Assembly: GCA_043807225.1 (NCBI GenBank)
Contig: JAZDGG010000090.1
Coordinates: 1-45,423, forward strand
Length of the DNA stretch: 45,423 bases
Reading direction: 5' to 3'
Origin: a bacterium
GTDB lineage: Bacteria > Patescibacteriota > Patescibacteriia > CAZCGY01
Shown here: positions 33,966 through 43,038 of the stretch, piece by piece
Layout: each line of letters opens with the position of its first letter
Numbering within the stretch: the first letter of the stretch is position 1
Made by a program: the position numbers and the translations under genes
Notes under the pieces: model-generated
The model's database searches: none
The model's input: only the letters and a program-made list of their open reading frames with translations
Told to the model about the DNA's origin: nothing

Positions 33966-35072
33966 ATGGCGGATCGTTTCTCCTCATATCGGTGCTGTGA
34001 AGGCAGAACGGGGATTGGTCAGATGGTCGAGTTTACCTGTCCGCCTGACGTGGCAGATCGGGTGCGTGAATTCCTTCGCGAAAACGTCCGCACGATTGAC
34101 ACACCAACCACTGGTCGTGTTCATATCCCTCACGGGGGATATGGCAGATACACCCGCTACGATGTGAAACAGCACGATTACGCTGGCGGAGGACACGGAG
34201 GTGGCGGGGGCTTCATCGAGGTTTTGGAAATCGCAAATCCACCAGATGGTCGCTGGGGAATTGTCATCCACGAATGGGCAAGCGGCGAGGGTTCCATCTT
34301 CACCGAGTGGGAGACAATTGAGTGTGCTCGAGCCGCCTTTGCCCGATACTGGGGAAACCGTGATACTGCCGAGAGGTTCCCGCTTTGCCCCGGGTACAGA
34401 CGTCGTATCGTCTGCGGAGCACTCACACCCTGGTTCTACGCAGTCGGTGATGAACAACTCCTCGGTGACTATGCGTTCCCGGAGGGTCTGCAGGATGATC
34501 CGGTGTATCGCTTTGGTCGCCAATTCATTGTTATCGATGCGGATGGTATCCCGATGGTGAAGACGTGCATGGGGACACGCTTCATCACACGGAAACAGAG
34601 AGACTATCCGTATGAGGATGTGCAGCGACGACTTGTCTACTGGGATGACGGGAGCGTTTGGGATGAGAGTAGGTGGGGGAGTAGTCTGCCTCGACCAGTT
34701 GAGGACGGCGAGATGTGGATTACTGAGGCGCTTCAGCAATTCAGGCAGCTGATCGCTGGCGAGCACACAACATTCACCCTCCCATTCACTGACGGTACCG
34801 TGTTTGTCGGGGAGGTAAAGAGGCCGAAGCCTCGCGTTCCTTGTGCAGAAGGCGCCTACTTCCTCATCGTTCAACTTGAGGGAGAGAGAGAACCGAAACA
34901 AGGATGGGTGCACGACTTCAAACCCTCGCCGGGGGCTCCTGATATTGTTCAGTATGTCACCCAACGCTACACGGACCTTGGAAAGGTGGTGGATCGCATC
35001 GAGATCAGGGAATGTCGAGTGAGGAAAGGTGGAAAGAAGTGGTCGGGTGTCTTCCTTCATCCACCACGCTAA
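33966..35072 (+). CDS. Hypothetical Trp/acidic-rich protein (368 aa)
   Basis: GGAAGGGGG lies upstream of ATG 33966. Codons are GNN-rich. A strong terminator follows on the + strand. The longer antisense ORF 33984..35228 is judged to be a shadow ORF. Confidence 0.6.
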   Translation: MADRFSSYRCCEGRTGIGQMVEFTCPPDVADRVREFLRENVRTIDTPTTGRVHIPHGGYGRYTRYDVKQHDYAGGGHGGGGGFIEVLEIANPPDGRWGIVIHEWASGEGSIFTEWETIECARAAFARYWGNRDTAERFPLCPGYRRRIVCGALTPWFYAVGDEQLLGDYAFPEGLQDDPVYRFGRQFIVIDADGIPMVKTCMGTRFITRKQRDYPYEDVQRRLVYWDDGSVWDESRWGSSLPRPVEDGEMWITEALQQFRQLIAGEHTTFTLPFTDGTVFVGEVKRPKPRVPCAEGAYFLIVQLEGEREPKQGWVHDFKPSPGAPDIVQYVTQRYTDLGKVVDRIEIRECRVRKGGKKWSGVFLHPPR

Positions 35073-35089
35073 GATAGTTCCGGTCATCT

Positions 35090-35133
35090 GGCCGCGGGGA
35101 TGTTCTCCTGGGAACGACCCGCGGCCCTTTTTT
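35090..35133 (+). terminator. Rho-independent terminator
   Basis: GGCCGCGGG-(19 nt)-CCCGCGGCC followed by CTTTTTT. Confidence 0.8.
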
Positions 35134-35295
35134 GTCAAAACGAAGCAAGAATACACTCCCGCCGAAAAATGATTCTCTCGATGTTCCATCACATCGAGCA
35201 TCCTTATATTGGTTTTGTGATAGTACAATAATCGAACATTACTTGAATTTTCTCTGAAAATGTGCTAGGATAGAGAAAAGGAAAACAAAAAAACG

Positions 35296-36483
35296 ATGAG
35301 AACGGTTGGTTCTATCCTTTTGTTGCTGATCCTGGTTCCAACGACCGTGGTCGTTTTTCTCGTCCTCTCACTCCAATTCAACATTCTCACGGCAAAGTTC
35401 ATCGAACGTGAACTTGCAGACCACCAGGCGTATGCGATTGTTGAAGATCAGATAGCACAACAGATCGCAAAGCTCGAAATCAACGATCTCCCCATCGAAG
35501 CGTCCGACATCCAAATTCTCGCAAAGCGCGTTCTCCCCGGCTCGTGGTTTCAGCAGAGCGTTGAAGGAGTTCTCGACCATACGTATGCGTGGTTCAATGG
35601 ATCGCCGGAGATGGTTCTTTCGCTCCCCGTCGATCTTCGCGGGCCAAAAGCGGAGCTGACTCCAGCCCTCGACGTCCTCATCGAGTCGGCGATACCACGA
35701 ATGCCAGAATGTTCCCGCCAATCTTCGCCTGATACGCTCTGCCGTACAGAGAATATGACTGTTGCACAGGTGAAGGATGTTCTCAAAAGCGGGGGAGTTG
35801 ATCTGACATCCGCCATCGCACAGCTCCCTGATACGCTCGATCTCGCGAATCCCGTTCTTCCGTCACTACAGCTCGGCACAAACGACCAGGCGTCAACTCA
35901 AGCATCGTCATCCCAGAGAGATCAATCAGTCACTGACGCCCGAGCCAAGAGCCAAGACGAGCAACAAAAGAAGGATGAACAACAGAAACAAGAGGCACAA
36001 ACCTCAACCAATCCTCCAGAGCAAAAGCAGACGTTCAACCAGCAGATGAAAGGGGTCGTCGACCAACTCACGAACGCCAAACAGCAGTATCATCGCGGCC
36101 TCCAATACTGGATGGACGCGCTCATGACGTATGGCGTGCTCATTCTTCTGTATCTGGTCATCAATATCAAGGGGTGGCGAAGATTCACCAGGTGGTCGGG
36201 CGTGCTCCTTCTGGTCATCGGGATACTCCCGCTTCTGATCAGCATTGCCAGCGGGATTGCGCTTGAACAGGTGATTCTCCCCGGCCTCCACGTTGAAGGG
36301 AATCTTCCAAAAGAAGTTCAGGCAGCGATCCCCGCGAGTATCCGAGATGTTCAACACGCACTCTTTTTCCCGATCCTCGTCCTGAGTGCGGCACTGGTCG
36401 TTCTTGGGATCGGTGCGATCATCGGTACGCATTTTATCCCACAGCCACAAGGGAAGAAACCATTAAAGCCTAATAAGGCATAA
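35296..36483 (+). CDS. Membrane protein with a Q/K-rich low-complexity linker, hypothetical
   Basis: One N-terminal TM helix and about 3 C-terminal TM helices. The central region is SQDEQQKKDEQQKQEAQ. Confidence 0.6.
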   Translation: MRTVGSILLLLILVPTTVVVFLVLSLQFNILTAKFIERELADHQAYAIVEDQIAQQIAKLEINDLPIEASDIQILAKRVLPGSWFQQSVEGVLDHTYAWFNGSPEMVLSLPVDLRGPKAELTPALDVLIESAIPRMPECSRQSSPDTLCRTENMTVAQVKDVLKSGGVDLTSAIAQLPDTLDLANPVLPSLQLGTNDQASTQASSSQRDQSVTDARAKSQDEQQKKDEQQKQEAQTSTNPPEQKQTFNQQMKGVVDQLTNAKQQYHRGLQYWMDALMTYGVLILLYLVINIKGWRRFTRWSGVLLLVIGILPLLISIASGIALEQVILPGLHVEGNLPKEVQAAIPASIRDVQHALFFPILVLSAALVVLGIGAIIGTHFIPQPQGKKPLKPNKA

Positions 36484-36590
36484 AACGACCATCTCGTATC
36501 TGTCTTTCATACAAAACACCCCTCCGCAGATTCGTTGAAGGAGTGTCAAATATGATATGCTAGAAACACCGATATAATATCCGTGGGAAC

Positions 36591-37472
36591 ATGAAAAAAA
36601 ACTATCTCTTGATTCTTCTTGTCGTTGTCCTCAGCCCGCAATGGGCTGTCGCTGCATCTGCAGAAACATGGAAGACTTACACGGACAGTGCAATATCATT
36701 TCGCTATCCTCTCTGGCCGCAGGCCGCAAAGGACATCGTTCCTCAGACAGCAACTGCTGCCATTCCATCAATCGCTGTCAATAAAGAAGGGTATTGCGCG
36801 TTTACCATGGCTGTCGAGAACAAGGGGGTGACGGGGGATTTTACAAAAACGATTTCTTCTCGCCTTGCGGAACGGGCTGCGGCAATGAATGGCACGGTCA
36901 TTTTCAAGAATATTTCTTCTTCGACCTTTGAATCTCAAGTATCCTATTCCTCTCCGAACGCGCTCTCTCCACTCATCCAATATACATATGGCGTCCGAGC
37001 GCTTAACGGAAAAGCATACTATCTTGCCTACACCTCCGACATGCTTAATTTTGAGGGGTATTGTAAACAGCTGATGTTGACAACAATCGCATCTGTTCAA
37101 CGACGAGTGAGTTTAGGTGATCCAATCAATACGAAGATTGCCAACGCGACGATTGTGAATCCACGCCTTGGAACAATTGTGAGTACAAAAAATCCGCAGC
37201 TTATTCCGAAAACAACGTTCAAGAATAAGCAACAGCTCTGTATTTCATTTGATACCAAGAAGTCCATCGCCAAAGGGACACTCAACCGACGATGGGTGAA
37301 CACGCGAACACGAGGAATTGTCAGCGAGCTTCTCAATCCAAAAAAGGTCCTCAAAGGGAGCATGACCGGATGCGAGACAATTACCAAATCAACACTTCCA
37401 GCAGGAGGCTACCAGTATCGACTCTACCTCAATGAGAAGCTGATTGCGAAGCTTGCGTTTACGGTAAAATAA
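36591..37472 (+). CDS. Secreted hypothetical protein, AT-rich gene
   Basis: Signal peptide MKKNYLLILLVVVLSPQWAVAASA. The GC content is visibly lower than in neighbouring genes (one hand-counted line is about 37%). Confidence 0.6.
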   Translation: MKKNYLLILLVVVLSPQWAVAASAETWKTYTDSAISFRYPLWPQAAKDIVPQTATAAIPSIAVNKEGYCAFTMAVENKGVTGDFTKTISSRLAERAAAMNGTVIFKNISSSTFESQVSYSSPNALSPLIQYTYGVRALNGKAYYLAYTSDMLNFEGYCKQLMLTTIASVQRRVSLGDPINTKIANATIVNPRLGTIVSTKNPQLIPKTTFKNKQQLCISFDTKKSIAKGTLNRRWVNTRTRGIVSELLNPKKVLKGSMTGCETITKSTLPAGGYQYRLYLNEKLIAKLAFTVK

Positions 37473-37537
37473 ATACTACACAGCCTTCCTCGCTGGAATG
37501 CTCTGTGGTGTTTTTTTATACGCTTGTCCGGCACACA

Positions 37538-37624
37538 TGGTGCCGCCGGTCGGACTCGAACCGACATGGCCTTGCGGCCACGGGATTTTGAGTCCCGCGT
37601 GTCTACCAGTTCCACCACGGCGGC
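37538..37624 (-). tRNA. tRNA-Leu (CAA)
   Basis: The reverse complement is GCCGCCGTGGTGGAACTGGTAGACACGCGGGACTCAAAATCCCGTGGCCGCAAGGCCATGTCGGTTCGAGTCCGACCGGCGGCACCA. It has a long variable arm, anticodon loop CTCAAAA, and CCA encoded. Confidence 0.9.
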
Positions 37625-37714
37625 CTCATGTGTGCGGGATACATCTCTTTCTCTCCGCCACTCAGGCAAACAAAAGTCGTTCCCATCCTATCCTTAGAAT
37701 ACCCTTCGCGTCAA

Positions 37715-37743
37715 TTGTGAGTAGAGTCGCCATTTGCTATACT
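37715..37743 (+). promoter_or_regulatory. Sigma70-like promoter of parAB
   Basis: TTGTGA (37715-37720), a 17-nt spacer, then TATACT (37738-37743). Confidence 0.45.
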
Positions 37744-37756
37744 TGCCACGCAGCAT

Positions 37757-38548
37757 ATGGCGAAAATTATCTCAGTCGTGAATCAGAAAGGGGGAGTCGG
37801 GAAGACGACAACGGCGGTGAATCTCGGCGCGTACCTTGCCCAGCACGGAAAGTTCGTTCTTCTCGTCGACATTGATTCGCAAGCAAACGCCACCTCGGGT
37901 CTTGGTATCGATCCGCAGACTATTCGCCGAGGCCTGTACCATGTTCTGATGGGAGAGCACGACATTCACGACGTGGTCGTCCCGACAAAGATTGAGGGGT
38001 ATCATCTCGCCCCTTCATCCGTCGACCTTGCTGGCGCAACGATTGATCTTGTGCCGATGGAGCGGCGCGAGTATCGGCTCTACGACTCTCTCCTCGGAGT
38101 GAAGAACGATTACGACTATATTCTCATCGACTGTCCGCCGTCCCTCGGTCTTTTGACGGTGAACGGGCTGGTTGCTGGCGATGAAGCGCTCATCCCTGTG
38201 CAGTGTGAGTACTATGCTCTCGAAGGACTCGGGCAGCTCCTCAAGACCATCAATCTCGTTCGCGAGAACCTCAAACCCGAGCTCACCGTCCGCGGTGCCG
38301 TCATGACCATGTACGACGACCGGAACAAACTCAGCGAAGCGATCATGCACCAGCTGTACCAATATTTCCCCGGTCATATCTATCGAACGGTCATCCCGAG
38401 AAACATCCGGCTTGCCGAGGCACCAAGCCACGGGAGTACCATCTTTGAATACGATCCAAAATCTCGCGGCGGCCGCGCCTACGAACGGTTTGCGAGAGAG
38501 TTTCTTGAACACGATCTGCACGCCTTATCCTTTGCTTCAACTGCATGA
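37757..38548 (+). CDS. parA: Chromosome partitioning ATPase ParA/Soj
   Basis: KIISVVNQKGGVGKTTTAVNLG (deviant Walker A) and LLVDIDSQANAT. Confidence 0.95.
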   Translation: MAKIISVVNQKGGVGKTTTAVNLGAYLAQHGKFVLLVDIDSQANATSGLGIDPQTIRRGLYHVLMGEHDIHDVVVPTKIEGYHLAPSSVDLAGATIDLVPMERREYRLYDSLLGVKNDYDYILIDCPPSLGLLTVNGLVAGDEALIPVQCEYYALEGLGQLLKTINLVRENLKPELTVRGAVMTMYDDRNKLSEAIMHQLYQYFPGHIYRTVIPRNIRLAEAPSHGSTIFEYDPKSRGGRAYERFAREFLEHDLHALSFASTA

Positions 38549-39402
38549 GTACCGTTTCTCGTCTGGGTCGCGGCCTCGGGTCGCTGATCCCGTCAAAAAC
38601 TGCTGCTGATTCGCAATCCGAGGGGCCGTCAGGATCGGTGCAGCGTATTCCCGTCTCACGGCTGCGAGTGAATCCGCGGCAACCGCGAGCAGCCATTGAA
38701 CACGGAGGGCTCGAAGAGCTCATTGCCTCCATCCGCGAGCACGGGATCCTCCAGCCGCTCATCGTGATGCCGTCAAAGTCCGGCGGGTATGAGCTGATCG
38801 CCGGCGAACGGCGCTATCAAGCGGCAAAGATTCTCGGTCTCAAAACTGTTCCCGTCGTCGTTCGCGAAGCCACGGAACAACAACAGCTCGAACTTGCCCT
38901 CGTCGAGAACGTCCAGCGAAAGGATCTCAACCCGTTGGAGGAGGCGACGGCGTACGAGCAACTCGTGAACGAGTTCAATCTCACGCAGGAGTCTCTTGCC
39001 AAGCGCGTTGGGAAAAGCCGAAGTCATGTCGCAAATACGTTGCGTCTTCTTTCCTTGCCAGACGAAGTGAAGAAAGCTATACTCAACGGCAAGATTACAG
39101 AGGGCCACGCAAAGGTCATCCTGAGCGTTGAGACGCCGTCGGAACAGCTGGCGCTCTTCGAGCGGATGGTCAAGCAAGGATTGTCCGTCCGCGCCGGCGA
39201 GGCAATCGCCCGCGCGCACCACGGTTCACACCGCCCTCGTGCACCGGTTGCTGATCCCGAAATGCGATCGAACGAAGAGGCTATGCAGCGACATCTTGGA
39301 ACGAAAGTCCGCATCGAGCGTCACGGTCAACACGGCACCATCACGATTACCTTTTACTCCTTTGAAGAGCTCAAGGGACTCATCGAACATTTAACGCACT
39401 AG
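38545..39402 (+). CDS. parB: Chromosome partitioning protein ParB/Spo0J
   Basis: LRVNPRQPR, GILQPLIV and GERRYQAAKILGLKTVPVVV, plus the HTH QESLAKRVGKSRSHVANTLRLL. ATGA overlap with parA. Confidence 0.95.
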   Translation: MSTVSRLGRGLGSLIPSKTAADSQSEGPSGSVQRIPVSRLRVNPRQPRAAIEHGGLEELIASIREHGILQPLIVMPSKSGGYELIAGERRYQAAKILGLKTVPVVVREATEQQQLELALVENVQRKDLNPLEEATAYEQLVNEFNLTQESLAKRVGKSRSHVANTLRLLSLPDEVKKAILNGKITEGHAKVILSVETPSEQLALFERMVKQGLSVRAGEAIARAHHGSHRPRAPVADPEMRSNEEAMQRHLGTKVRIERHGQHGTITITFYSFEELKGLIEHLTH

Positions 39403-39403
39403 C

Positions 39404-41737
39404 ATGGCTTTCACTCTCCCGCGAATTGGCATCAAGCACAACGCGCAATCGACGCCGTATGACGTCATTATTCGCACCTGTCTCTGGCTGGCCGTCTTTT
39501 TCGTTCCATTCTTCTTTCTCCCGCTGACCACCGATCCGCTCGAAATGAACAAAGCCCTCCTCTTTTACCTTCTCGTCCTTGTGGGCGGAATTGCGTGGCT
39601 GATGAAGCTCGTTCTCCGGCGCGAAGGAGGGTTCCTGCGGACGCCGTTTGACGTTTTTCTTGCGATTTTTCTTCTCTTCTCGATCCTTGCAACGATCTTC
39701 TCTCTTTCCCACTACCAGAGCGTTGTTGGTCTCAGCGGATATTACTCAGGGTCGCTCGTCAGCTTGCTCTTCTTTCTCTTTTTCTTCTTTCTCTTCGTCA
39801 ACAACGTCCGTCGAGAGCAGCTGGCGACGTTTCTCAACATCTTCCTCCTCTCGGGAGCGGTCATCGTTCTGCTGAACTTTCTCCAGGTCTTTTCGTGGTA
39901 TGTTTTTCCGTGGGACTTTACCAAGATTGTCACTTTCAACGCCGTCACAAATTCACCGACGGCATTTTCTGTTTTGCTCGCCGTCCTTGTCTGCCTGTGC
40001 ACGTTCCGGTTCCTCTCGGTCGTACGAAAGGACGGGCGCCATCCGCTTGAACGGGGACTTATCGCAATTCTCGGCATTATGAGCATCTTCGTGATGATGG
40101 TGTACGATCAACCGTTCGGCTGGATCGCGCTCGTCATCGGGCTCCTCGTCTCCATTGTCCTCCTCACCGCCACGTCGCAGCGATACGCGCCTCTTGCACT
40201 GGTACTCCCAACCGTCCTCATCGGACTTTCGCTCGTCGGTCTCTTTGTGAATACACAATCGCTTCTGCAGGCGAAAATCTCGGGCGATCTCCTCCTCCCG
40301 CAGCGTACCGGTTGGACGATCGCACAATCATCCTTGAAGGCGAGTCCATTGGTCGGGTTTGGACAAGAAACATTTCAGGCAACGCTCGCGCGGTTCCGGC
40401 CGTTATCGTTGAATAATGCATCGGTGTGGAACCTGCGTTTTCTGAAGTCGTCGAACGAGTGGTTCCAGCAGCTTTCCTCGATCGGTTTACTTGGGACACT
40501 GGCATTTTTCGTTGTGGTCATCCTGTATGTCCGGCTGCTGTTCCAGGCCGCGCTGAAGACCCCACCAGAAGATCCTCAGTGGTGGCTCCGCATGAGCATT
40601 CTCGCCGCAGGGTTCCTCTTTGTCCTGCTGCTGTTTGTTCTCCCGTCCTCCTTTCTCACCAGCTTTTTTCTCTGGGTCTTTCTCGCTGCCGGCGTAGTGA
40701 ATTGGCGCGAGAAGGATCCGCAGACGACAAATCGCGTTGCCCGAAAGACCGGGACAAGCTTTGCTGCGTCGCTGGGGTTTTCGCTGGCCGTTGTTCTTGG
40801 GATCGTCTTTCTGTATTTCGCTGGCCGTTTTTGGATCGCTGACGTACAGGTACAGCGAGCGGATGTTGCCGTCGCGAACAAAGAGGATTTGAAAAACGTT
40901 CAGGCGCTCTACGCGAATGCGATCTCCCTCAATCCATATGAGCAGTCAACCTATTTCAGTCTCGCGCAGGACCTTTTTACGCAGGCCCAGCTCGAGGCAC
41001 AGAAAAAGGATCCGAATATCGAACACATTCGAACGCTGATTGCGGCAAGCACCGCTGCGGGGCAGAGCGGCGTCGGCAAGTTCACACAATACGCAGGATC
41101 CTATGAAGCGCTCTCGCAGCTCTACCAGAGCATTGACACGCTGACGGGATCCCCAAGTGATGCAGCGAAGGAAGCGTTTCAGAAAGCCATCGATCTCGAT
41201 CCGAACAATCCTCAGGTTTTCATGAATCTCGGGCAGTACTATTTTTCTGTGGCAAAAATCAAGAGTGACCAGGCGAGCGCGCAGCAGAAGGATGGAGCTC
41301 CTGATGCACAGCTGACGAAAGACGCACAAAGCGCCATCATCTCCGCGCAACATGCATTTGAGAATGCGTCCAAGAAGAAGGACAACTACATCGACGCGCA
41401 GCTCAATGTCGCCCTCGCCCTTCGGCTTGCGGGGGATGGAGCGAAAGCGGTGCAGATGCTTGAGGATCTTGCGGCGAAGAACCCCTTCAGCACAGATGCC
41501 CTTTTCAACCTAGCCGAGAATTATCTTGTTGATAAACGATCGGCTGATGCCGAGGTAGTGTTTCTCCGCGTGGTTTCTATCTACCCTGGATACTCCGATG
41601 CGCAGTATCGTCTCGGACAAATCTATGAGGATCGCGGTGAAACGGCAAAAGCCATTGCACGGTTCGAGATCGTCCAAAAGCTTAACCCCGACAATGCAAC
41701 GGTTCGGGAGGAGTTGAAAAAGCTGCGAGCGAAGTAA
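39404..41737 (+). CDS. O-antigen ligase-like polytopic membrane protein fused to C-terminal TPR repeats
   Basis: About 12 TM segments are followed by TPR-like repeats (AISLNPYEQSTYFSLA, AIDLDPNNPQVFMNLG, VSIYPGYSDAQYRLG). It starts 1 nt after the parB stop. Confidence 0.7.
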   Translation: MAFTLPRIGIKHNAQSTPYDVIIRTCLWLAVFFVPFFFLPLTTDPLEMNKALLFYLLVLVGGIAWLMKLVLRREGGFLRTPFDVFLAIFLLFSILATIFSLSHYQSVVGLSGYYSGSLVSLLFFLFFFFLFVNNVRREQLATFLNIFLLSGAVIVLLNFLQVFSWYVFPWDFTKIVTFNAVTNSPTAFSVLLAVLVCLCTFRFLSVVRKDGRHPLERGLIAILGIMSIFVMMVYDQPFGWIALVIGLLVSIVLLTATSQRYAPLALVLPTVLIGLSLVGLFVNTQSLLQAKISGDLLLPQRTGWTIAQSSLKASPLVGFGQETFQATLARFRPLSLNNASVWNLRFLKSSNEWFQQLSSIGLLGTLAFFVVVILYVRLLFQAALKTPPEDPQWWLRMSILAAGFLFVLLLFVLPSSFLTSFFLWVFLAAGVVNWREKDPQTTNRVARKTGTSFAASLGFSLAVVLGIVFLYFAGRFWIADVQVQRADVAVANKEDLKNVQALYANAISLNPYEQSTYFSLAQDLFTQAQLEAQKKDPNIEHIRTLIAASTAAGQSGVGKFTQYAGSYEALSQLYQSIDTLTGSPSDAAKEAFQKAIDLDPNNPQVFMNLGQYYFSVAKIKSDQASAQQKDGAPDAQLTKDAQSAIISAQHAFENASKKKDNYIDAQLNVALALRLAGDGAKAVQMLEDLAAKNPFSTDALFNLAENYLVDKRSADAEVVFLRVVSIYPGYSDAQYRLGQIYEDRGETAKAIARFEIVQKLNPDNATVREELKKLRAK

Positions 41738-41767
41738 GAACCTGCTGGTCGTGATGAGACGCTCCCG

Positions 41768-42889
41768 TTATCCGGTCGCGTAAAGCGTTTCAATATCTCG
41801 CGCGATCGTGTGCCAGTTAAACGCGCGTTCAACCACTTTTTGTGCGAGCGCACCGCGCTGCTTGAGCTGTTTCGGCTGTCGCATGAGCTCACGGAGTTTT
41901 TTCGTCAGGTCAACCGTGTCTTTATTGCGGAACGTGTAGCCGAGCACCTGGCCGTTTGCCCGTATCACTTCGATATTTTCCGGGATGTTGCTTGCAAGAG
42001 CGCACGTGCCAAAACTTGCCGCCTCGAGCAGAGAAATCGGGAGACCCTCCGCCTCTGACGGCAGAACAAAGAGGTAGGCGTTCGCGAACAACTCCGCGAG
42101 CATGCGTCCCTTCTGAAAGCCGGTGAAAATGATCCTCGGGTCGTTGCCGGCCAGCTTTCTGAGCTGCCGGACGTAGTCGTCGGTGTAAAAGGCATCCCCG
42201 ACGATGACGAGATTTTTCTTTGTCTCGAGATTCTTGTACGCCTCAATGAGGTAGTGTATCCCCTTGTGCGGAATGAGGCGTGAGACGGCGAGGATGTACT
42301 GGTCGGTCATCAAACCAAACCGACGCCGGATCATCGACGTTGAGTGATCTCCAGAAAGGTTTTCACTGACGCCGTTCGGGATATACACCGTCCGTTTTTT
42401 AAAGACGTGTTGACAGTATCGCCGAATGGTTTGGGAGACGCTGATGGTTTCATCGGGGAAACTGACAATTGCCCATTCGCCAAGCCAGAGGAAGTACCGT
42501 GCGATCGGTCCCCATTTTTTATGCTTGCGATCAACGGAGTGAAACGTCGCAACCACTTTCGCCCGCGATCCGAGCAGTTTTGGGAGAAAGGAGATGAGCG
42601 AAGGTCCGACGCCGTGGAAGTGGATGACGTCGTATTTCTTGCGGATGGCATCAAGCGTCGACAGGAACGTATGTGTAATGGCGTCAAAATGTTTCGACTT
42701 GAGTGAGGGGATACTGATGAGTTGCACACCACGATACGACCGTCGTGTGGCGGGAGTGTAGTACGGTCGGGTGTAGACGGTGACATGATGGCCGCGACAC
42801 ACGAGGCGAATGGCGAGTTCTTCCACGTGCCGCTCGACGCCGCCGTAGATTGCTGGTATTCCTTTTTGGCCTATGAAAGCGATTCTCAT
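41768..42889 (-). CDS. Glycosyltransferase family 4 (GT-B fold)
   Basis: MRIAFIGQKGIPAIYGGVERHVEEL and C-terminal FVLPSEAEGLPISLLEAASFG (EX7E-like). Confidence 0.85.
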   Translation of the reverse strand: MRIAFIGQKGIPAIYGGVERHVEELAIRLVCRGHHVTVYTRPYYTPATRRSYRGVQLISIPSLKSKHFDAITHTFLSTLDAIRKKYDVIHFHGVGPSLISFLPKLLGSRAKVVATFHSVDRKHKKWGPIARYFLWLGEWAIVSFPDETISVSQTIRRYCQHVFKKRTVYIPNGVSENLSGDHSTSMIRRRFGLMTDQYILAVSRLIPHKGIHYLIEAYKNLETKKNLVIVGDAFYTDDYVRQLRKLAGNDPRIIFTGFQKGRMLAELFANAYLFVLPSEAEGLPISLLEAASFGTCALASNIPENIEVIRANGQVLGYTFRNKDTVDLTKKLRELMRQPKQLKQRGALAQKVVERAFNWHTIARDIETLYATG

Positions 42890-42970
42890 CGTTGAAATGG
42901 GGTCATCTGAAAGATTCCCGAGGTTACCACATCAGGGGGAATTGTCAAGAGGGCGTTATCGTAGCGTCAA

Positions 42971-43022
42971 GCAGGCGAGGATGGCCCCTGCATCGCGTGC
43001 GGGGCTGGCCATCCTCGCCTGC
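42971..43022 (-). terminator. Perfect 16-bp GC-rich hairpin between two minus-strand genes, with no U-tract
   Basis: GCAGGCGAGGATGGCC (42971-42986), a 20-nt loop, then GGCCATCCTCGCCTGC (43007-43022). It lies 17 nt downstream of the stop of gene 43039..44430. Confidence 0.5.
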
Positions 43023-43038
43023 GGGCTTCTCATTGTTC

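Noticed and set aside
33984-35228. A 414-aa minus-strand ORF, longer than the + strand ORF it overlaps
   Set aside because: It has no RBS or terminator on that strand. The + strand has an RBS, GNN-rich codon periodicity and a strong intrinsic terminator. I keep it as a point to verify rather than a gene call.
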